This document shows positions 40,351 through 49,514 of a DNA stretch of 64,000 bases, piece by piece. Under the pieces are notes generated by a model. The model had not been told where the DNA came from. It did no database searches and saw only the letters and a list, made by a program, of their open reading frames with translations. The stretch lies in contig OY970309.1 in the NCBI GenBank assembly GCA_963716395.1, positions 2,400,001-2,464,000 on the forward strand, in the 5' to 3' direction. Origin of the DNA: an uncultured Fibrobacteria bacterium. GTDB taxonomy: Bacteria; Fibrobacterota; Fibrobacteria; UBA11236. Position 1 is the stretch's first letter, and every line of letters starts with the position of its first letter. The position numbers and the translations under genes are program-made.

Positions 40351-43300
40351 TTTGAAGTTCGGTGTCTGGCTACCTGCATGACTTTCTCGATGAGGCCGTC
40401 CATTTGCTCCAGGGTTAACTCGACGCCCTGTTTACCTTTAATCTCGTCGTAGAGATAATCGTCGATTTCGTTCATGGCTTCCTTCTGGGCATCGTGATCG
40501 TCCCAGAACTGGACTTTCAGACGGCGGCTCAATATTTCCTGAATCGCCAAGGCCGTATTGGCGGCCAACGGTTCTGATTTCTCCTTGGCCAGCGACTGTT
40601 GTTCGAAGAAGGGTTTCACAACGCCGTAGTAGGCCATGGCATCGTCATTCCCGGCGATATTCTGGGGAATCTCGTCATGCTGCCGCGTAACGACCTTGTC
40701 GCGAATTTCCGTGACCTTGTTGAGGTATTCTAAATCCGAGATGCGCTTAGCGCGAAAATCATCGATGGCTTTCTGGATTAGCTTGGAAAACTTTTCGTAG
40801 AAAGCCGGGTCTTCATCCATTTTTTCGGTGATCGCCCGCTTCGTCGCATGGGCGATGATGTCGGCCCGGGAAGCGGCGGTTTTTGTCTCGTAAACCCCTT
40901 GTTCCTCCTTGACCATCATGAAAGCCTGATCGTCGAAAATGTTAACCGGTTCATTTAATTGGATGACTTCATTGGCCTGGATATGCGTGTCCAATAGTTT
41001 CTTGATTTTCGGCTCGTAGTCCCGGTAGTCGATGGCCTCGGCGTAGCGCAGTTTAACGGCGGCCTTTAAGTTTTGGAATTTTTTTAAATCGTCCTTATAC
41101 CTGCGTAGTTTTTCCGCTTCGATTTTCATGATGAAAGTTTCGGTCGAAAGCGCTATCCCCAAGGTCTTGCTGTATTCGGCCAAGCGTTGATAGAAATCTT
41201 CGCGTAAAGCGGGATCGGCCAGTACCACCTCGTAACCCTCTTCGTCATAACTGTTTTTAACCTCCTTGAAGAGTTCCCAGAGATCGGAATATCGTTGCGG
41301 AAGTTTTTGTACCTCCGCGTTCACGGAAAGCAACGTTCCGGCCAAGTCCTCCTCATCAAAGCCCTCGAAGGCGTCGTACATGGTGAGAGCCTTATCCAAT
41401 TCCCCGAGAAGGCCCACGTAATCGACGACATAACCATAATCCTTACCCTCGCTGAGGCGGTTCACGCGGGCAATGGCTTGCAACAGGGTGTGTTCCCGCA
41501 AATCTTTGCACAGATAAATCACCATATTGCGCGGCGCATCGAATCCGGTCAAGAGCTTACTGACCACGACCAAGATTTCCGGTTCGGCCCCATGTTTGAA
41601 CTGGTTGATGATTTGCTTGGTGTATTCTTCCTCGCTGCCGTAGCGATCCATCATTTTTTTCCAGAACTTGACCACTTCGTCGGAAGGCTCCTCATCCGTT
41701 TCTTCGTAGCCTTCGCGGGTATCCGGCGGAGAAATCACCACCTCCGAGGTTACGGAACCAATATCCGATAGGTGCTTCTGATATTTCAGCGCCGCCGCCT
41801 TGTTCGGAGCCACCAATTGCGCCTTGAAACCCGTTCCTTGCCAGGTCGCCCGGAAATGTTCGCTGATGTCAAAGGCGCGCATGTAAATAACCTGATCGGC
41901 CTTGTTCAGCATTTCGGCCCGGGAGTATTTCTTCTTCAGATCCGCCTGTTGTTCGCGGGTCAGTCCTTGGGTGTGACGCTCGAACCATAAATCGATGGCG
42001 GCCTTGTTCTGCTCCATCTCCACGTGGCGGCCTTCATACAGCAAGGGAACTACGGCCCCATCCTTGACCGCCTGGGTGATGGAATAATGCGGCTCGATAA
42101 GCCCGCCGAATTTAACGAAGTTGTTTTTTTCCTTTTTTAGAAGCGGCGTACCGGTGAACCCCAGATAGCAGGCATTCGGGAACATTTGCCGCATCCGCGC
42201 CGAAAACGATCCGAAATTGGTGCGATGGCTTTCATCCACCAACATGAAGATTTCGGTGGACTCGTCCTTGAATTTTCCCGCGTTCAAAGCTTTGTCGAAT
42301 TTGTGGATCAAGGTGGTTACGATGCCCGCCTTATCTTCGGCCACAAGCTCCAGTAAATGCCGCCCGGAAACGGCGCGATTCGGAGATAGTCCGCAAGCCG
42401 CAAAGGTGTTGCCCAACTGCTTGTCGAGGTCGTCTCTGTCGGTGACCAAGACGATGCGCGGATTGGGAATTCCCGATTCCAAGGCTAAGCTTCGCGCCAA
42501 CATGACCATGGTGAGGGATTTACCCGACCCCTGGGTATGCCAGATAACGCCACCCTTACGACGACCGTCACCGTCCAATTGCTTGATGCGTTCTAGCGTG
42601 GACTTGATGACGAAGTACTGTTGGTAGCGGGCGATTTTTTTAATCCCGCCGTCGAAAACCGTGTACTTATAAGCCAGTTCCAACAATCGTTCCGGCCGGC
42701 ACAGGCTGTAAAGGATTTTGTCCTGCTCGGTAACCAGCCGCTTCCCTTCGCTTTCCAGGGAATCAAAAAATTCCCGCGCCGGGGAAAATTCCCCACTGAA
42801 TAACGCGTCTTTTTTCTCGAATCCCAACGGCGCGTTGACGTGGCGCTCCACTTCGGCTTCCTTGTCCCGCAATTCCTTCCAAACACCCCAAAATTTTGCC
42901 GGAGTGCCGATGGTGGCGTATTGAGCCTCGTTCTTGTTTATCCCCAGCACCATTTGGGCGTAGACAAAAAGCCTGGGAATATGATCGTCGCTTTGGTTGC
43001 GGACGGATTGGGAAATGGCCTGGGCCAATTCCACCTGGGGCGATTTGCATTCGAGGACGGCAAAGGGTATTCCGTTGACGAATAGCACGATATCCGGCCG
43101 CACGGTTTCCATGCTACGTGAGCGTTCTACGCTGAATTCGGCGGTGGCGTGGAAGATGTTGCGCTTCCAGTTGCGCCAGTCTATGAAGTTAAGGTTGAAA
43201 CTCTTGGAGTCTCCCTCAATGGTTTGCTCCAGTGAGGTTCCCAAAGTCAGGAGGTCATAAATGTTTTCATTGGTCCTGAGCAAGCCGTCGTACTTGACGT

Positions 43301-43610
43301 TCTTCAATTTCTGAACGGCGCTTTGAATGTTTTCTTCGCTGAATAAAAACTCCCGACCCTTGTAATTGATGCGGTTGATTTTTTTGAGCTGATCGCGGAG
43401 GATGTTTTCGAGAAGTACGTTGGCGGTTTTACCCTGACGCTCGGCAAGGGCTTGTTCCGGGGACAGGTATTCAAAGCCAAGGTTGAGGAGAACCTGGAGG
43501 GCGGGGATTTGGGAAAGATATTTTTCGTTGAAGCGAAAGCCGGCCTCTGGCAGGGGTTCAACATTTTGAACATCTGACGGATGGTGATTTTCGCGTGCCT
43601 TACCATTCAT
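40347..43610 (-). CDS. hsdR: Type I restriction endonuclease subunit R
   Basis: RPDIVLFVNGIP..ECK nuclease motif, HTQGSGKS, DESHR, FTGTP, LLTGFDAP, QAIARVNR. Confidence 0.97.
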   Translation of the reverse strand: MNGKARENHHPSDVQNVEPLPEAGFRFNEKYLSQIPALQVLLNLGFEYLSPEQALAERQGKTANVLLENILRDQLKKINRINYKGREFLFSEENIQSAVQKLKNVKYDGLLRTNENIYDLLTLGTSLEQTIEGDSKSFNLNFIDWRNWKRNIFHATAEFSVERSRSMETVRPDIVLFVNGIPFAVLECKSPQVELAQAISQSVRNQSDDHIPRLFVYAQMVLGINKNEAQYATIGTPAKFWGVWKELRDKEAEVERHVNAPLGFEKKDALFSGEFSPAREFFDSLESEGKRLVTEQDKILYSLCRPERLLELAYKYTVFDGGIKKIARYQQYFVIKSTLERIKQLDGDGRRKGGVIWHTQGSGKSLTMVMLARSLALESGIPNPRIVLVTDRDDLDKQLGNTFAACGLSPNRAVSGRHLLELVAEDKAGIVTTLIHKFDKALNAGKFKDESTEIFMLVDESHRTNFGSFSARMRQMFPNACYLGFTGTPLLKKEKNNFVKFGGLIEPHYSITQAVKDGAVVPLLYEGRHVEMEQNKAAIDLWFERHTQGLTREQQADLKKKYSRAEMLNKADQVIYMRAFDISEHFRATWQGTGFKAQLVAPNKAAALKYQKHLSDIGSVTSEVVISPPDTREGYEETDEEPSDEVVKFWKKMMDRYGSEEEYTKQIINQFKHGAEPEILVVVSKLLTGFDAPRNMVIYLCKDLREHTLLQAIARVNRLSEGKDYGYVVDYVGLLGELDKALTMYDAFEGFDEEDLAGTLLSVNAEVQKLPQRYSDLWELFKEVKNSYDEEGYEVVLADPALREDFYQRLAEYSKTLGIALSTETFIMKIEAEKLRRYKDDLKKFQNLKAAVKLRYAEAIDYRDYEPKIKKLLDTHIQANEVIQLNEPVNIFDDQAFMMVKEEQGVYETKTAASRADIIAHATKRAITEKMDEDPAFYEKFSKLIQKAIDDFRAKRISDLEYLNKVTEIRDKVVTRQHDEIPQNIAGNDDAMAYYGVVKPFFEQQSLAKEKSEPLAANTALAIQEILSRRLKVQFWDDHDAQKEAMNEIDDYLYDEIKGKQGVELTLEQMDGLIEKVMQVARHRTSK
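43550..43578. repeat. Degenerate REP-like palindrome copy inside the 5' end of hsdR
   Basis: gcaggggttcaacattttgaacatctgac; its core ggggttcaa.attttgaac matches 18/19 nt of the palindrome at 43914. Confidence 0.75.
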
Positions 43611-44220
43611 GACGCGCCCTCCTCTCCATTTTTTCTTCGATCCCCGAGGGGCGCAGAGAATCGATTTCCCAGCGAAAGGGATTATTACGGATGTATTCCC
43701 GCGTCCGGTTCAATTCGGTGTCATCACGGATGACCCGTTCCCAATAATTCCGTTGCCATGGTTTTTGTATCTGAGTGTTTTGGCGGCACCATTTCGTCAC
43801 ACCGATTTTGAATCCCCGAACGATGGTCCCCACGGATTTCGGGATGATTTTCTGGTATCGGTGAACGTTCGATCCAATGGATAAATTCCCCGGTCGGGGT
43901 TCATCGTCCGGCAGTCGGGGTTCAAAATTTTGAACCCCGACCGGGGAGGAATAGCCGATCACGATGATTCCATGCACATGGTTCGGCATAACCGTGAATT
44001 CATCCAATTGAACCACGGGATAATGCATCGGAATCGCCCGCCAACAATCGAAAACCATCCGACCCATATCGCTCAGGCGAATTTCTGCATCCATGATTTC
44101 CCCGAACAGGCATTTCCGGTTCTGCGTGCATAGGGTGATGAAATAAGCGCCGGGTGCGGAATAGTCGAATTCCCGCATGCGGATGGAGCGGCGATGATGC
44201 TTTTCGGGCTGGTATTTCAT
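43600..44220 (-). mobile_element. REP-associated tyrosine transposase (RAYT, IS200/Y1 HUH superfamily)
   Basis: RRSIR...DYS..GAYFITLCT, HUH motif MPNHVHGII, WQRNYWERVIR, catalytic Tyr in REYIRNNP. Confidence 0.9.
43914..43941. repeat. Perfect 28-bp REP-like palindrome inside the RAYT gene, with an extra half copy at about 43888-43903
   Basis: gtcggggttcaaaattttgaaccccgac; the outer arm cccggtcggggttca can alternatively pair with tgaaccccgaccggg. Confidence 0.9.
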
Positions 44221-44224
44221 GGGC

Positions 44225-45346
44225 TCAATCCGCCGGTTTTACTCGCCACTGCCCCGTCAGCAACTTCTGCATCAATCCACGTTTTTGTTTTCTTAAGGCT
44301 TCGGCTTGTTTTTCCAACAGTCTTATTTCAAGCTGAAAGGAATTGAGAATGGAAGCTATTCGTTTTTGCTCTTCCAAGGGAGGGTCAGGAATTTTTACAC
44401 GCATTAAATCAGGAATGCTGATTTGTTTTCCGTCCCGGATACCGATTACAACGATTGTGAGGTATTTTTCAATGAAGAATTTACATTTGAAAAATTGCAT
44501 ATAGAATTCATCGTCTATCTCTAGCCTTGCACGAAGTACCGTGTATGCCGGACTGATTAGCCCCGTATATCTTGAGTATTCAATGCCCCCCTGAAATGAA
44601 CGAAGGCTTACGGCGAAATCTCCTTCCTTAATCAATTTGTAGGCTTCCGTACCAGCCTCTGGCGACATAACCCGGCCTTCCAACATGTTGCGGGGAATTA
44701 CCCCTCGGTCTTGAGTGACCGATAAAAGTTCTGCATCACCGTTTCTTTTTTCTGAAATTGTTTCGAAGATCCTTTCGATTCGACAATGTTCCCAATATTT
44801 ACACCGATCCCCAATCATTGATTTGACAGTTTGAGAGAAAAGGCTTTCCTTCGCCTCAATCAGCCGCTCGGTTTTTTCGATGGCGGTATTCCATACAGAT
44901 AAGATTTTTGAGATTGCTACTTGTTCGGATAATGGGGGGAGAACGATTTTATATCTCCCAAATTGTTCGCCCGGTAATTGTGGTATGCCACTACTTTCCG
45001 GAAAAATACGAAGCCTATGATTTACGTATTCGGAAAAGTAGTGAGTACTCAATTCTACCCGAGGAACAATGACAAGAAGCCTTCCAATAGCGCCAAAACC
45101 AGATTCCCTAACAAATGCGGTCCCTAATCCTGCCCCTCTGCCGACGACAGTCACACAATTGCCTTGGTATTCTTCGAAATCATAAAAACCATATAACCCA
45201 AGATTTTCGACGGAATTCGAATAAACAGGGAAAGTATGAGTAGTAGTTTTTACTTCTGAAAAGGAATCTTCTTTCAAATCACGTCCAACTAAAATTTGTG
45301 CAACATCCGAAATTTCTTCTTCCAGCCATCCTTTAGGGAAACTCAT
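44225..45346 (-). CDS. hsdS: Type I RM specificity subunit (two TRDs)
   Basis: PKGW start, LPPLSEQVAISKIL and PPLEEQKRIASIL conserved regions, KRGLMQKLLTG; AT-rich. Confidence 0.93.
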   Translation of the reverse strand: MSFPKGWLEEEISDVAQILVGRDLKEDSFSEVKTTTHTFPVYSNSVENLGLYGFYDFEEYQGNCVTVVGRGAGLGTAFVRESGFGAIGRLLVIVPRVELSTHYFSEYVNHRLRIFPESSGIPQLPGEQFGRYKIVLPPLSEQVAISKILSVWNTAIEKTERLIEAKESLFSQTVKSMIGDRCKYWEHCRIERIFETISEKRNGDAELLSVTQDRGVIPRNMLEGRVMSPEAGTEAYKLIKEGDFAVSLRSFQGGIEYSRYTGLISPAYTVLRARLEIDDEFYMQFFKCKFFIEKYLTIVVIGIRDGKQISIPDLMRVKIPDPPLEEQKRIASILNSFQLEIRLLEKQAEALRKQKRGLMQKLLTGQWRVKPAD

Positions 45347-45522
45347 TCTCCTTCCCCCAACTTTTCCAACATCTGTACCGCGCCCTTTTCAAACTTGGAA
45401 AAGGCAAACCACTTCTTCCCCAAATCCTTGAGCGAAGCGCCGACTTGGTAGATGGCGTGCCCGCCCAGGGTCAGAAAACGGTCATGCGCCTCCGCGAATT
45501 CGCGATTAACAATCAGTTCCAT
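45343..45522 (-). pseudogene. C-terminal fragment resembling the tail domain of ORF6N/RhuM-associated proteins
   Basis: HDRFL....AIYQVGASLKDLGKKWFAFSK motif; only 59 aa. Confidence 0.6.
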
Positions 45523-45911
45523 ATCGGGCTTTCCTCCCGCCAATTATCCGGAAACCCCATCCAACGAATGGGTATTTGCGGATGCGCTTCTTGTATCAAC
45601 CGAATTAAACGTTCATGCCAGCCGCTTTGAGGGGCAATTCTTTTCAGCAAGTACCGAAGGAGGCTCAATACCGCGAATACGCGATCGGAAAGCAAGCCCC
45701 GTTTTAGCAGTAAATCAGGTAGAGGCCTGGCGGGTATGCTGCTGGGAACATACTCCCAATTTGTGGAAGACGCAATCGCACAAAGCGAATGGACTCCAAC
45801 CCTATTGCATTTATCCAAGGATGGGTCGAATTTCGGACGTCCGTTATGGTATCGGCCACAATTAACGAGGTCGCCATACATTCCCAAAGAGACGTAAACT
45901 TCAACGCTCAT
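45513..45911 (-). pseudogene. Truncated/degenerate Abi family (Abi_2, AbiD/F-like) protein C-terminus
   Basis: RVFAVLSLLRYLLKRIAP..GWHERLIRLI...PQIPIRWMGFPDNW....IW; the catalytic RN.CAHH-type motif is missing, and LESIRFVR lies in another frame. Confidence 0.55.
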
Positions 45912-46929
45912 TGCCGCCCCTTTTCGATATGCGCTTTATTTCCTTATCAAAATCGGAGACATAATTCGTATCCTGAAGTTTTCTGAACTTCTCATACTCC
46001 TTCCCTACCAAGGCCAAAGCCACTTCATGACTGATCTTGCCGGATCCGGCCAGAATCTCATGCTCGCTGAATTTGAGAAAAGCATCCAACTTCTCGATCC
46101 AATCCTTCATGTACATGGCATGCCTGCGGACGGCCTGCAGTTCGGCGTGGTCCAGGTACATGGCCACGATTCTATTCAAGTGATCCAATTCGCCTTTATT
46201 GAGGTAATTCTTCGCAACTGAAATATCCGTGGGATATATTTTCCCTTGGGGCGCTTTGCGCCACGAAGTCAGCCCCATATTGGGCTTGCCGGCATCCGCG
46301 CGCTTGGAGATGATTTCGGCGGCGGTTTGACCGGTAATCGCGAAGTGCAATTTGTTTTGAACGGTGGCGAAAAACTCCTTGGTAATCCGGGCCGTGGTCG
46401 AGTAATCGGTTGAAGTCGCATAGAGATCGGTGATTTTCTGGTACAGCATCCGTTCGCTGGATCGGATGTCCCGGATTTCTTCCAGCAAATCGTCGAAATA
46501 CCGGGTACTGAACCGGGAGCCGTATTTGAACCGGTCGCCGTCCACCGCGAATCCCTTATGGATATATTGCCGCAGTACGCCGATTGCCCATTGCCGGAAT
46601 TGCGTGCCGCGCTCGGAATTCACCCGGTATCCCACGGCAATAACGGCTTCCAGGGAATAAAACGCGGTTTTTCTTTTTATTTCGCGTTTCCCTTCGATTT
46701 GAACTACCGAGAAATCCTCGGAAGTTGCGGCCGCGTCAAGCTCCTTCTCGGCGTAGATGTTCTTCAGATGGAGCGAAATATTGTCCGCAGTGCAGTCGAA
46801 AAGTTCCCCCATGCGTTTTTGGGACAGCCAGACGTTTTCATTGGCGTACAAAACCTCCACATTGGCCTTGCCATCCGGAGTCTGATAAAAGGTGATCTCG
46901 TTATCCGGCACCGGTTTACGTTTCGGCAT
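45901..46929 (-). CDS. rhuM: Virulence RhuM family protein
   Basis: VWLSQKRMGELF, NISLHLKNIY, AVGYRVNSERGTQFRQWA, LEEIRDIRSSE, FFATVQNKLH. Confidence 0.9.
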   Translation of the reverse strand: MPKRKPVPDNEITFYQTPDGKANVEVLYANENVWLSQKRMGELFDCTADNISLHLKNIYAEKELDAAATSEDFSVVQIEGKREIKRKTAFYSLEAVIAVGYRVNSERGTQFRQWAIGVLRQYIHKGFAVDGDRFKYGSRFSTRYFDDLLEEIRDIRSSERMLYQKITDLYATSTDYSTTARITKEFFATVQNKLHFAITGQTAAEIISKRADAGKPNMGLTSWRKAPQGKIYPTDISVAKNYLNKGELDHLNRIVAMYLDHAELQAVRRHAMYMKDWIEKLDAFLKFSEHEILAGSGKISHEVALALVGKEYEKFRKLQDTNYVSDFDKEIKRISKRGGNER

Positions 46930-46983
46930 GTCCGCTCCGAAGTGGTGGGGAAGATTTGTTTGCGGTAAATCCGCCGTAAGGGG

Positions 46984-48543
46984 TCATCTTTTAACTTCCT
47001 TGAGCATGGCGGCCATTTTGGCTCTCACTTCGGCAAGCTCTTTTTCCAATTGGTCGATTTCCTTCTGCACCGCGTCCACATCGATTTCCTCTTCTTCCTC
47101 GAAGGTGTCGACATACCTGGGAATATTGAGATTGAACTCGTTTTCCTCGATCTCTTGCAACGAGGCCACGTAGGCATATTTCTCGACGCTTTTCCTGGAC
47201 CAATAGGTCTGGAAAATTTTCTTGAGGTGATCATCGGAAAGAGTATTATGGTTCTTGCCCGTCTCAAACTCGCGGCTGGCATCGAGGAAAATCACGTCTT
47301 TGCGCTTGTGATTGGATCCGCCCTTTTCGCGGCTGCGGTCGAAGACCAAAATGGCCACGGGAATATTGGTGGTCGGAAACAGATTGCCGGGAAGACCGAT
47401 CACGGCATCCAATAGGTTTTCCTCGATCATTTTCTGTCGGATGCGTCCCTCGGCCCCGCCCCGGAATAGCACGCCATGCGGAACCACCACCGAGACCCGG
47501 CCTTCTTTTTCCTGCGCCGCCTCTATCATGTGACTGATAAAGGCCCAATCGCCCTTGCTCTTGGGAGGCATCCCCCGCCAGAAGCGGTTAAAGCGATCCC
47601 CTTTTTCCATTTCTTCCGCTCCCCATTTGTCCAAGGAAAAGGGAGGGTTGGCAATGACCACGTCGAATTTCATCAGGCGATCTTTTTCCACCAAGGCCGG
47701 GCCGGTGAGGGTATTGCACCATTCGATGCGGGCACTGTCGGCTCCATGCAAGAACATGTTCATCCGCGCCAAGGCCCAGGTGCTGCCATTGGATTCCATG
47801 CCGAATAACGCGAAATTCCGATCGCCCACTTCGCGGGCGGCTTCGATAAGCAGGCCACCGGAACCGCAGGCGGGATCGCAAATGCGGTTGCCCGGCTTCG
47901 GCCTGGCAAGCTTGGCCACCAATTCCGAAACCTTATGGGGCGTGTAGAACTCCCCGGCCTTTTTTCCGGCGTCCGCGGCGAAGCGTTCGATCAGATAGAT
48001 GTAGGTGTTCCCGATCACATCCTCGGAAACCCGGCTGGGGCTCATTTCCAGTTGCGGCTTGTGGAAATCCTCCAACAATATTTTCAAACGGCGGTTGCGG
48101 TCCTTTGGTTTGCCGAGGTTGCCTTCGCTGTTGAAATCGATGTTTCGAAATACCCCTTCCAGCTTGGCCTTGTTGGCTTCTTCAATCGCGTTCAGGACTT
48201 CATTGATCAGTTCGCCGATATTGGCCGCATCGCGTCGCGCATACAGGCTGTAATAATCGGCCAAGAAGCGGTCTATCACCTTCTTGCCCATTTCGTCCTT
48301 CATTTCCACCATCGGAAGTACGAAGCGTTCACGCTCAAGCTTGCGGCGAATGCGGGTATCGTCGTTGCCGTACTGCTTACTGTAGGCGGCATAGTGATCC
48401 TTCCAAACATCCGAGATGTATTTCACGAATAGCATGACCAGGATGTAATCCTTGTATTGGGCCGGATCGACCACACCCCGGAAGGTGTCGCAGGCCGCCC
48501 ACGCGGCGCTGTTGATGTCTTGCTGATCGATTTTTGCGTTCAC
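46984..48543 (-). CDS. hsdM: Type I RM methyltransferase subunit
   Basis: GEFYTP, DPACGSGGLL, ANPPFS, VVPHGVLFRG, NLNIPRYV. Confidence 0.97.
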   Translation of the reverse strand: MNAKIDQQDINSAAWAACDTFRGVVDPAQYKDYILVMLFVKYISDVWKDHYAAYSKQYGNDDTRIRRKLERERFVLPMVEMKDEMGKKVIDRFLADYYSLYARRDAANIGELINEVLNAIEEANKAKLEGVFRNIDFNSEGNLGKPKDRNRRLKILLEDFHKPQLEMSPSRVSEDVIGNTYIYLIERFAADAGKKAGEFYTPHKVSELVAKLARPKPGNRICDPACGSGGLLIEAAREVGDRNFALFGMESNGSTWALARMNMFLHGADSARIEWCNTLTGPALVEKDRLMKFDVVIANPPFSLDKWGAEEMEKGDRFNRFWRGMPPKSKGDWAFISHMIEAAQEKEGRVSVVVPHGVLFRGGAEGRIRQKMIEENLLDAVIGLPGNLFPTTNIPVAILVFDRSREKGGSNHKRKDVIFLDASREFETGKNHNTLSDDHLKKIFQTYWSRKSVEKYAYVASLQEIEENEFNLNIPRYVDTFEEEEEIDVDAVQKEIDQLEKELAEVRAKMAAMLKEVKR

Positions 48544-48544
48544 T

Positions 48545-49141
48545 TCATTCTCCTTTTGCCAATTGGATAAGGTCGGCTGAAATAATCTTTTTGCGTAATT
48601 CGGCGATACGCCCCATCAACGCTTGCTCTTCTTCACCGAGGGAGGCCATCGCGACAATTGCCCTTTGCTGTTCCAAGGGAGGAATGGGGATTTCGAGATT
48701 TTCCAGAGCCCCTTTGCTGATCATTTGTTGCACGCTGCCCATGGCCAATCCGACCAAAACATTCTGAGTGGATGGTTGGCACAAGAACCAGTTCAAGTAT
48801 TCCGGAAGTACAAGCCTGTCTGAAACCCGAATCCGGAAAAGTGGGCCGGCCACAACCGCTACGCCGGGATCCTTGTCCAAAATTGCGGAGGTGAAGCTTC
48901 CTTCGCCCAACCTGCTGAGATTCTCACGAGATTTGAAAACCATATCTCCGAGTTGCACTAAGTGATGCTCTTTGGGCGATTCCATCTGGATTTTCATCAA
49001 CTTGTTGACCGATACCCTATTCTCCGGTGTCAGGTTTTTTACCTGAATGACGGCCACGTCACCGGGGTTCAGGGAAGAGAGAGGCGCGCGGAAGGTGTAC
49101 CCTACCTGTATGGCCGCTACGTCTTTCAATTTCTTCCTCAT
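48545..49141 (-). CDS. Half-size (single-TRD) HsdS-like protein
   Basis: KKLKDVAAIQVG, LPEYLNWFL, LENLEIPIPPLEQQRAIV plus a coiled-coil-like tail; 198 aa; ends 1 nt before hsdM. Confidence 0.8.
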   Translation of the reverse strand: MRKKLKDVAAIQVGYTFRAPLSSLNPGDVAVIQVKNLTPENRVSVNKLMKIQMESPKEHHLVQLGDMVFKSRENLSRLGEGSFTSAILDKDPGVAVVAGPLFRIRVSDRLVLPEYLNWFLCQPSTQNVLVGLAMGSVQQMISKGALENLEIPIPPLEQQRAIVAMASLGEEEQALMGRIAELRKKIISADLIQLAKGE

Positions 49142-49514
49142 TTTAAAAGTCTAAATTCAAAATACAGCATAATCAAACATTTTTGTTACTGTATTGTGAA
49201 TACAGCCTTAAATTATCTATCAAACTAAATAGCTAAAAAACTCAAAACGGCGTCCATTTCGAACGTCAATTCTGCATACGCCACTCGCAGCCCGCATTTG
49301 GGGTAACGGTGACCGTGCTCGGCTATATGGTGCAAACGCATTTTCTCGCGGAAAGAGGCGGGGAAGGAACGGCCACCGAAATCCTTGTCGCCAATAGCCG
49401 GAACAATTTTATAAAGGACTACGGCCCCAGCAGCAGTAACCGTGGTGACAGCTAGAAGTTGGAGCAGGAACTTGCCCCATCAGGATTCCGGGAAGCCAGT
49501 GCGGGTTGTCCATC

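Noticed and set aside
44225-49141. Phase-variable hsdS shufflon
   Set aside because: Both S-like genes are co-oriented; no recombinase and no shared inverted repeats were detected.
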